Assembly: GCF_006345805.1 (NCBI RefSeq)
Contig: NC_043005.1
Location: 29,822,001 to 29,886,000 of the forward strand
Reading direction: 5' to 3'
Length of the DNA stretch: 64,000 nucleotides
From: Octopus sinensis
Taxonomy: Eukaryota
Part shown: piece after piece, positions 53,995-64,000 of the stretch
Layout of the letters: every line of letters begins with the position of its first letter
How positions within the stretch are numbered: the first letter of the stretch is position 1
Made by a program: the position numbers and the translations under genes
Notes under the pieces: model-generated
Database searches by the model: none
The model's input: the letters and a program-made list of their open reading frames with translations, nothing else
Told to the model about the DNA's origin: nothing

Positions 53995-56362
53995 TATATA
54001 CATATATACAAACATATATGTACATACTTACATATATGTGTATATACATACGCATATATGGGTACATACGAAATAATGGAATACAAACTTTTATTGTGAA
54101 CAACAAAAGAAACAAATGACAGAAAAGACAAATAACATAAAGACTGACCCTTTATCAGTTGTCGGCTCTTTTATCTACTCCACATTTCGAATTTAATGAG
54201 TTAGATGTGATCTTTATACAATACTTAATGCATACAAACATGCTGCTTAAGTTTCATGTTGAAAGCTCCATCTGCACCTTATTTAGAACACAATACTTCA
54301 TCAGGCACAACGAAAACATGGCTAATTTTCAATAAAGCCACAAATAACAAGAACTAAGAAGAGTATGCTTTATAAGAAAGCAAGAGATAGCAAAAGGGAC
54401 ATAATTCTTTTATTGTCAGTTGAGTAATGCCCCCTTTGGTCAATATGCATTTTGGGGTAAAATTATATTTGAGAATATTCAGAACAATTCAAGAATGGAT
54501 TTTAAAACATATTTGACATAGATGGCATGTTCTGTGGATGTGAAGTGAAATAATTTTATATATGAAATGTCTTGTTCAAACTGGGTTTGGGTGAAAAATA
54601 AACGCAAGGGAATTTGTTGTGGTTTATGTTTATCTGTGTAACTCTAATTTGGAAGTACTGAATGATCCTGACCAACACCTAACTTAAATGAAGATGTGAA
54701 ACATGTCTATTTATATAAGATGTTGAGGGTGCCCTTACATAGATGTTATCCTAGCTGATTATTATGCAGGGTTAGGCAGAATTTTTTAACAACCGGTATT
54801 TGTCAGTATAGGAATATTGATTAAAGCAATGTATGCAGTTGCCAGAGCTTTTGACTTGTCTGCTGTGCAAAAACTGATATTTCTTTGCTTTGTTGATGTA
54901 TATTTTGTTCTTATGGGAATTTGCCACTTTATTATGTAATCTGTTTTAGACTCTCTCAGACTCCAAATATAACTGGGCTGTTGTGTGGAAGTCTGTCAAC
55001 ACATCTAAAGGAAGTGTCATGGTTATGAAACCTTTGCTTGAACTTACTCTCAACCATACCTATGCACTGTTTCTTAGGTGGTGGGTATAAAATCATGGCA
55101 GTAACTTTGACTTTATACATCAATACTTCCATGATCTAGTCTAAGAACATTGCAATTCCTTTACATGACCTGATCTTAGAGGTACGTTTCAGTCCTCCTT
55201 TATGAACAGCCTTAAAATAGGATGGTTGATTGATTTGTGGAGAATAGCACTTTATGTTAGAGAAACAACTGTAGCTGGTTTTGATACAACTTATGATATA
55301 AATCTTCCTGTATATACAAGTTTCTGGAAAATTCATATCGAGAACGATTTAAAACTTCTTAACTTCATTAATCTTAAAGTTAATGATAAAAACAAAAATG
55401 AAAAATAAAAAAAGAACAACAAACCAAGAAACGTGTCTGGGTCTGTTCCTGGATCATGAAGGTTGTGTAATAAGAATGAAAGAAATACTTTCATCACAAC
55501 CATTAGGTAGTAGTGCACTGCTTTCTTTCTACTAATGTTATTGATTAGCTTTCTAAAGACAAAAGCAGGATGTTCGGAGTGTTTTGTTTTATATCTTACT
55601 TTCTCAATCTGTTTATGGAAAGAGTTCTAAGTATTTGATTCTAAACTGAAAAGTCTGTGAAGTCTGAGTAAGAGAATTTGGCGGCTACAGTAATTTAAAA
55701 TGCTAAATTATTGACTGACTACAAGGTTCTTTGTGGAGGTATCTCAAGTCTGTGACTGCCACTATGATGGAATACAGCCAAATTACTATCTTGGTGGAAT
55801 TTGATACTGCAGTTAGTAAACTTACTATTTAATAGGTCCAGTAGACCATCTAGATCCCATATGTCTGTGCTCTTGTATGAGATATGCCAGCACAATGTGT
55901 TCTGTGATGTACCAACAGAAAATATCAGGACACCATATATTTCTCAGTTTTCAATTTATTCACAGCAGATTTAATCACAATAAAGCTTTTTCCCCCTCCA
56001 GTCAGCTTCAATCCAACAGATCTGTAGTCAAATGTATTTCATCTGTACCCATCCTTTCATCCTTCTTTGAATTAGATAAAATGTTTTATGGCACTGTATT
56101 ATCAAAGGTTGAGATTTGAAGAAGATTGGTCTGCTAGTTCTACCATGTAAGAGATTCTTTCACTGGCTTGCCATAATAATGGAAACTGCATGCACTCTTT
56201 CACTGGCTTGTGATAATAAGCTTCCATGCAGTTGCCATCTACCGAATTCACTCACAAGACACTGGTTAACCCAGGATAATTGTGGAAGACATTTATTTGC
56301 GAAAGGTGCTGTGCAGTGGGACTGAACCTGAAACTACTTTGTTGCAAAGCAAGCTTCTTAGT
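53408..56362. repeat. 172-bp inverted duplication (169/172), arms 2.6 kb apart
   Basis: 53408-53579 is the reverse complement of 56191-56362, extended by (TG)n/(CA)n tracts. Confidence 0.93.
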
Positions 56363-56363
56363 T

Positions 56364-56432
<69 letters not shown>

Positions 56433-56469
56433 ACAAACACACACATACACATGCACAAAAAACAAACCC

Positions 56470-56830
56470 AAACGCAAAATGATGGTGTACAATGGTGTAG
56501 TTGTGTCTCCCTGTTGTATGGATGTGAGATGTAGACCCTGTGCTGCCATGACCAGAAGAAACTTGAACAATTCCATCAAAAGAAACTTCAGTCTCTCTTG
56601 AATGTTGAATGGGAAGACTCTGTTACCAACATTGATTTACAAAAGAGAGCAGGACAAATTAACATGGAAGCTACAATCATCAAGGACCACCTCAGATGGG
56701 CAGACCATGTGGCTCACATGGGGAAAACAGGGTCCCAAAGATAATCCTATTTGGGGAATTAAGCAATGAGAGATGCCCTCATAGACACATCCTGCAACAC
56801 TACAAAGGCCAATGGAAGAAAACTCTGAAG
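56470..56830 (+). mobile_element. Old RTE LINE 3' coding relic
   Basis: LLYGCE..KLEQFHQKKLQSLLNVEWED..LRWADHVAHM..PKIILFGEL. Confidence 0.75.
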
Positions 56831-56928
56831 ATTATGTATGTATATATATATATATAAATAAATAAATAAATATGTATATATATATATATAAATAAATATA
56901 AATATAAATATATATATATATTATATAT

Positions 56929-56962
<34 letters not shown>

Positions 56963-56976
56963 ATATATATATTATA

Positions 56977-57109
<133 letters not shown>

Positions 57110-57198
57110 ATAAAAACGGTAAGATAACAAAAGAAAGAAAGAGACCTTGATATTATGTAAATTGAGGAATTTATCTATAAATGTAATATGTGACAATT

Positions 57199-57257
57199 AT
57201 AACTGAAGAGATGGTGGCATGGATTTCCACCTTGGCATCCGAAACTCGGAGTTTTAT
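57199..57257 (+). ncRNA. Type-I hammerhead ribozyme motif, intact core, sense to PDE8
   Basis: AUAA CUGAAGA GAUG GUGG..CCAC..CAUC C GAAA CUC g GAG UU UUAU, with a GUU triplet. Confidence 0.72.
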
Positions 57258-57766
57258 CTTGGCTACCGAATAATTGTTTATATATATATGTATATATATC
57301 CAATCATAGAACACAAAAAACTAGACGAAGTAAACAAACATAAACATAGTGAAATGAAAATGTTTTCTTCGACCGATACATTTTTTTTCTAAAGAAATAA
57401 CTCTTTTTCTAGAAATCTTCATAAAACAATTTCTCCCCCTTATCCCCTTATCCTAAAGTGAAAATATATAAAGTAGAAAGTGTGAAATCAGCTACAACAT
57501 GCCCTAACATGTAACAATATGATAAACATGTGGTGCTAATCATTATTACAAGCTGGAGCATGTAACTTATCAAATACTTTCTTTGTACTGCAACTAAACA
57601 CAATCATACATATATACACACAGATCCACAAATAATCAAAAAATGGTTTTATGTTACCAATTTCATATTTGATGAAAGCTATCTTTCTTGGATATAAATA
57701 TATATGCATGTATGTATAGATATCTGCATGTATACATATCTATCTATCTATCTATCTATCTATACC

Positions 57767-57815
<49 letters not shown>

Positions 57816-58661
57816 CAGTGTGCAATGGTTAAAGTGTCTCCTTTAATTATTTTTAATTTCACATATGCACTGAGTATAGTAGGGTCAGTTGGGCACCATC
57901 CATGTATAAAACAGTACCATGATGCAATTTACTCTGTCAGAAATTTGGAAATGACATGCTGTACTGCTTGGCATTTGCACTGGAAGATCCAATATGAACA
58001 GATGGTGAACACATAGAACAACCATTGGCTTGCTGTGTCACCAAAATATGTACCAAGAGTGCTAAAAATCAAACATCCAATCAGCATTATGGTGTTCAGA
58101 GTGATCACTAGTGATGACAACATTATGCCTCCATTCATTTTCCCACACCGCCTCACACTCCACATAGAGAGCTCCATCAAGTGCCTGGAAGAGGTAGTGC
58201 TGCCCTGGGTCAAGAGGGTGGCTGCTGGAACACCCTATGTCTGGCAACAGGACTCTGCCTCATTCCACACAAGCAGGAGAACCCAGTCATGGTTGTCAGA
58301 TAATTTCTGCGACCACATCACACCTAACTCCCCAGACTGCAACCCCCTTGATTATCATATGTGGGGTGCAGTTGAATGAGAGACCAACAAAACTCCTTGT
58401 AACACCAAAGATAAACTGAAGGCAAGGATTATGGTAGCATTTACCAACTTAAACATGGAGACCATCCAGAAGAGTTGCAGGAGATTGCAAAGTTGTCTGT
58501 AGCCTGTGGTTGAAGCTAATGGCGATTTTATGGAATAAATTTACTCTTTAGTATTTCAAGATATTTTAATGTAATTTTGCTAAATATATCTGTTAAAATG
58601 AGATGTCAGTATTATTTTCATTTTTGCGTAATTTTGATGACAATGTGTTCACCACACTCTG
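57816..58661 (+). mobile_element. Internally deleted Tc1/mariner DD37D (maT-like) DNA transposon
   Basis: KHPISIMVF..MPPFIF..YVWQQDSA..SPDCNPLDY..WG (third catalytic residue D; the WPP motif is deleted). Decayed TIRs cagtgtgc..gtgtc / gacaat..cacactctg next to TA repeats. Confidence 0.85.
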
Positions 58662-58679
58662 TTTATATATACATATACT

Positions 58680-58966
58680 TCTTCAAAAGTTAAAAGAAGG
58701 AATAATCTGCCCTGACCACAAGGGAGGAAGCAGAGCAGACACTATAAACAACAGACTTATCTCTCTGACCTCACATGTCAACAAGATCATGGAACTCATT
58801 GTTAGAAAAGACCGACCACATTCCTAGAGGAAAATGACTTGCTTACAGACACGCAACATGGTTTCCGTCCTGGGCGGAGCTGCCTAACACAGCTGCTACA
58901 GCACTTTGACTGAATGCTAAAACAACAATTCAGCCATTCAAATGTGGGTGTGATATATCTCGACTT
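58680..58966 (+). mobile_element. CR1/Jockey-like RT fragment
   Basis: IICPDHKGG..RLISLTSHVNKIME..QHGFRPGRSCLTQLL..VIYLD. Confidence 0.85.
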
Positions 58967-59086
58967 ATATATATAAACATATATATCTCTATATATATAA
59001 AACTGAGAATGTGTGTCTGTTTGTCTCTCTGTCTGTCTGTGTCCCTGTGAGTGTATTTGGTAGATGGAAACTAAAAGAAGCCCATC

Positions 59087-59147
<61 letters not shown>

Positions 59148-61772
59148 GATAGATAGATATGTATATATATGTGTGTGTGTTTGTGTGTCTGTGCTTGTCC
59201 CCCACACCATGGCTTGACAACCGATGTTTGTGTGTTTAGATCCTGTAAATTAGAAATTTGTCAAAAGAAACTGATAGAATAAGTCTCACAAAGAATAAGT
59301 CCTGGGGTTGATTTGCTCGACTAAAGGCAGTGCTCCAGCATGGCCACAGTCAAATGTCTGAAAGAAATAAAAGAAAAAATATATGTATGTACACACACAT
59401 GCACATACACACATATATATACATATATGCATTATATATGTACACACACACACACATATGTATATATATGTACACATATACATATATATCCTATACAGAA
59501 CACACCTGTGATATCTGCCAGGTGTGTACACCAATGATATATTGTCTATTATTCTAACTACTCAACTTTTTTTGTCACTAAGCACTGGACAAACATGTTT
59601 ATCTTTACATTGACATATTTTCATAGATTTTATTTATTTGGTGTCTGGTTCTGCTATTTTGTATTAACTTTTTCATTTTGGTATTTTGGTATTTTATTTA
59701 ATGTCTTACCTGTACAGCAGCAACATTGCCTCAGGTAAAACTCGTTAAGAAAATGTCAGTTTACAGGATTTGTTCCAATATGAGATGTCAAACGATATTC
59801 CGATAAAGTTTATCTTTGTCATTTAACTCGGTCTTTGAAGAGTTAAGACTGGAGGAAGCATATTTGCCAACATGGACAGTGGACGGTCAGTGCAGTCAGA
59901 CTTATTGTCTTGAATATGTAGAGACTGTGACGTACAACTGCTGTATGGTACTTTGATGCAAAGGAAAGATATGCTGTGATGAAACACCAGGTGGAAATCT
60001 TTTGAAAGAGGTGGCCAAATACCATGACATCTAGCAGAGGTTAGATGACAAGAAATATTCCAAATGCTATGTGCTACTGTTCAACAGATCAATACAGACC
60101 ATAACGGTATATTGGTGATGGTGGTGGCAGTGGCAGTCATAAGTTGGTCTAGTTTATTTAGGTTTGCAGAATATTTCAAATTCTATAACAGTATATAGAG
60201 GGGAGAGAGAGAGAGAGAAGTCCAGGGGTGTTTAAAAATGAAGTAAATATTACATAACATAGTGAGAGGAGAGGATGAAGAGAGAAAGAGAGGAGAGAGA
60301 GGGATAAAAAGAGATGCTTGGGAGCAGAGATGGATCACCAAAATGTGAAATGCAAGAAGCTAAATAATTATAATTCTTGATGATTCTATGTTGTTAATGA
60401 AGTAATAGAGAATGGCATGGATATTCTTGGAGAAGTTTAAAAGACCTTTTAGGACTGCTTTTGTGTGGCTGAAATTGTGTTTTGTGTCTTTTTAAGATGG
60501 GAAAATGATAAATGTAGATTTTTTTATTGAGGAGGATTAGTTAGGATTTCCAATAAGAAGTGAGTGGTGATGTCAAGTTTGGGAGTAGAGGTTACTATGA
60601 CTGTTGGTATTAATGTTCCAGCTTATTTTGTAACCTTACCACCATCACCACCACCACCACCATCATCATTGTCGTTATCATCATCATCATCACCATTATC
60701 ATCATCGTTATCTCCAGCAGTTTTTCCTCACTTTTATTTATCAGCCTGGTTGTTACGGTGTTGAGCTCACATAAAGTCATGGTTCAGTTCCTTGACTAGG
60801 CAGTGTATTGACAAGTAATCTGGACATTCTGAGATATTTGTGTGAAAGTTTGCCAGACTAGAATTAATAATTTGCATAATGGTATTTTATTTTAGTGTTC
60901 TTTCAAGCATGTATAATAATTCAATTTTAGTTTGACCAGCTTTCACACTAACCAGCAAATGGTTTGTTTACTGATTTTTGTATCAGAACAAGCATTTTTC
61001 GCAAAAAATCCAGGTTATTCATCTCTGAGGAGACCAAATCAACTTGAAACATCTGTGTCTGGTGATTTTCTGGTATTCTGAGTGAAGTCCTGTGTTTTGA
61101 ACATGCATGATACACATGATGTCATAAACACACTGGTGTTATAATCTAGGGTTACTTCAAGTGTTTTCTATTTCTATCACCTTTCCAAGTTTTGCATCTA
61201 CCTTCTCATTTTTTCTCATGATTTCTCTTGTTCTATTGACCTGATTTGTAACTTGTATAGGCCATGTGCTCAGAGCGCAAAGATTGCTTGGAGACATTAG
61301 GTGTGTTATTAAAGCCTGCCTAGAAAACGTCTCCAATGTATGAAACGATGAGTAGCTCATAACTATATACTGTGTGTGTTAAGCAATATTTATATCTAAG
61401 GTGATGGAGTATTTTCTTTTATGATCTTACCTTAATGGAAAAGTAAACAAAGTATGTATGTATGTATGCATGTATGTATGTATGTGTATATATCATCATC
61501 ATAATCATCATCATCATCATTTAATGTCCACTCTCCATCCTGGCATAGGTGAGACAGTTTGACTGGAGCTGATGAGTCAGAGAGCTGCACCAGGTTCCAG
61601 TTTGATTTAGCACGGTTTCTACAGCTGGATGCTCTTCCTGATGCCAAACACTCCAGGAGTGTAATGGGTGCTTTTACATGCCATTGGTACAGGTACCATT
61701 TATATGACACCAGCAATGATTAATGTGTGGCATATATATATATATATATAAAATTATAGATAGTTTATTACA

Positions 61773-61820
<48 letters not shown>

Positions 61821-62247
61821 ATGTGTGTGTGTATATGTATGTTTATATATAAATATATATATATATATAATATACATATATACACACACTTGCACACACA
61901 TACACCCATGCTAGTATGGAAAAATAGATGTAAAGCAAAGGCTTCATGCTAGATCTGCCAAGTGTTGAAAATAAAAATTTTCCCTCTCCCATCAATATCT
62001 AACCCTCAGATCCACACCTAACACTTCCCAAGAAATATTAACAGCAACATTATCCTCAGAATTTTTCACTATCATGAAGAACTTGATAACTTGAAATTTA
62101 AGACAAACAATTGTAATATTTTTCTGCTAAATTTCCAAAATACCTCATTCTGTGTGATACTTAAAAATAAAATGTCGATTTTCTAAGAAATTCTCTGGAA
62201 GTTTAAACACGAAGATTATAAATTTCTTTTGTTTATTTCCTTTGCAG

Positions 62248-62307
62248 AAGCATGCACCAGATGAAATCCAGTGAAAACTCAGTATTTTTAGCAGTTACCA
62301 AAAAATG
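62248..62307 (+). CDS. PDE8: Next PDE8 exon (60 nt, phase 2 to phase 2)
   Basis: Strong polypyrimidine acceptor ttcttttgtttatttcctttgcag| and donor TG|gtaagt. Completes the AG|A (Arg) codon of the previous exon and reads SMHQMKSSENSVFLAVTKK, matching PDE8 SIRSSKLSENTVIVGVVRR. Too short for the ORF track. Confidence 0.9.
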
Positions 62308-62704
62308 GTAAGTGAAGATGTGAAAACTATTGTCTACATTGGAAAGCTGGTTGTCAAAAATAACTTTTATGTTGAATATATATTTAGCTTTACTTTGAAA
62401 TGTATTCTTTCTGTATGTTGTCATCATTGTTTGTTGCATTGTAATAGAGAGAATTAATGTTATAAAGAATTTAATGTTACAAAACTAACTCAAAGTTCAG
62501 TGGAATTCTTTAATGCCATATTTTCTCTATGTCTCATGATATCAAACTAGAATTCTCTGTTTACTCCATGTTCACACATTTCATATAACATGTATAATAT
62601 ATAATCTACCATAACATGTCATTGCTAATCTACTCTGGGTATATGGCTAAACTGAAGACCAGTATTGCAACAGCCATATATAAATATAAATATATATTTA
62701 TATA

Positions 62705-62876
62705 GGCGCAGGAGTGGCTGTGTGGTAAGTAGCTTGCTAACCAACCACATGGTTCCGGGTTCAGTCCCACTGCGTGGCATCTTGGGCAAGTGTCTTCTGC
62801 TATAACCCTGGGCCGACCAATGCCTTGTGAGTGGATTTGGTAGACGGAAACTGAAAGAAGCCTGTCGTATATGTAA

Positions 62877-62942
<66 letters not shown>

Positions 62943-63093
62943 TCCCTAGCAGTTTGGCAAAACAGATCGATAGAATAAGTACTGGGCTTACAACGAATAA
63001 GTCCCGGGGTTGATTTGCTCGACTAAAGGCGGTGCTCCAGCATGGCCGCAGTCAAATGACTGAAACAAGTAAAAGAGTAAAAGAGTAAAGAGT
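62705..63093 (+). mobile_element. tRNA-derived SINE family A, best-preserved copy (MIR/CORE-like cttgggcaagt segment, internal TG repeat, (aaagagt)n tail)
   Basis: A box tggctgtgtgg and B box ggttcagtccc. More than 12 related copies on both strands, e.g. 5157-5555, 10630-10770, 12255-12405, 29815-29970, 38015-38418, 50310-50680, 59045-59375. Confidence 0.88.
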
Positions 63094-63679
63094 ATGGGCC
63101 TGACAGAGGCAAAGTGGTTGAGTTCCTCTTGAGTGGTAGGCCTGACGGAGGCACAGTGGCTGGGTTCTTTTCAAGTGTAGGGCCTCATAGAGGCAAAGTA
63201 GCTGAGTTCCACTCGAGTGTTGGGCCTGACAGAAGCAAAGTAGCTGAGTTCCTTTCAAGTGTTGAGCTTGACAGAGGCAATAACCAAGAGCTTTGGCATC
63301 GTGTCATGCTTAAGATGAAAGCTCATCAAGCCGAGCAAAATCAGTCATATCAGATGCTAGTGTCACACAAATTGGCACCTGTGCAGGTGGCATATAAACG
63401 CACCCCACTGTTACACAAATGGCATGTACAAGCACCCATTACACCATTACACCCGCAGAGTGGTTGGCATTAGGAAGGGCATCCAGCCATAGAAAACGAT
63501 GCCAAATCAGACTGGAGTCTGGTGCAGCCTTCCAGCATGTCAGCCCTATCAAACCGTCCAACCCATGCCAGCATAGACAACAGACGATAAATGATGATGA
63601 TGATATATATATATGTGTGTGTGTGTGTATGTATATATATATATATATATGTATACAAACACACACATATATATATATG

Positions 63680-63711
<32 letters not shown>

Positions 63712-63875
63712 TGTATATATATTTTATATATAGAGGGCATTATTACACATACATGCCACACGCTAAGAGGGACATTAGTCATTTCTACCAAAACATTTTA
63801 CTAATCATACCCAATGCAATTTTTCCAAAGCTAGACATTTAAAAAATGAATTTAGTCTTGTATCACCTGTGATTT

Positions 63876-63908
63876 CATACTTATCGCAGTTTCGACCGTA
63901 CTCATCAG

Positions 63909-63915
<7 letters not shown>
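63876..63915 (-). ncRNA. Degenerate minimal hammerhead motif
   Basis: CAUAuaa CUGAUGA G uacggu C GAAA CUGCGA UA agUAUG: both core boxes are perfect but the stems are weak. Confidence 0.45.
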
Positions 63916-63948
<33 letters not shown>

Positions 63949-64000
63949 GTGCAGGAATGGCTGTGTGGTAAGAAGCTTGCTTTCCAACCATATGCTTCTG

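Noticed and set aside
54130-54200. Possible HHR (minus strand: cgaaatg ... ctgataaaggg)
   Set aside because: The boxes are in the wrong order for type I, the core is mutated and no closing stems were found.

Overview
This is AT-rich eukaryotic (animal) genomic DNA, dense in microsatellites and transposon relics. The SINE/RTE repertoire looks most like a coleoid cephalopod such as Octopus (inference from recalled repeat families, not searched). Almost all ORFs in the supplied track are microsatellite artefacts. The only host coding sequence I can support is two spliced + strand exons of a PDE8-type cAMP phosphodiesterase (REC domain): 39870-40060 and 62248-62307. They join in frame across a ~22 kb intron, so the window is probably almost entirely intronic. 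The introns hold RTE, Tx1/L1, CR1/Jockey and R4/Dong-like LINE fragments, mariner and DD37D relics, TTAA MITEs and several tRNA-derived SINE families. The most interesting signal is about 10 type-I hammerhead-ribozyme (HHR) motifs from at least 5 unrelated short repeat families, several with Penelope-like fold-back ends. They include a tRNA-headed (Pol III) SINE-like element carrying an internal HHR, a family with a fixed A6U core variant, and a core-intact HHR on the sense strand of the PDE8 intron. Several long inverted repeats could form intronic dsRNA. All structures were read by eye and none was computed.
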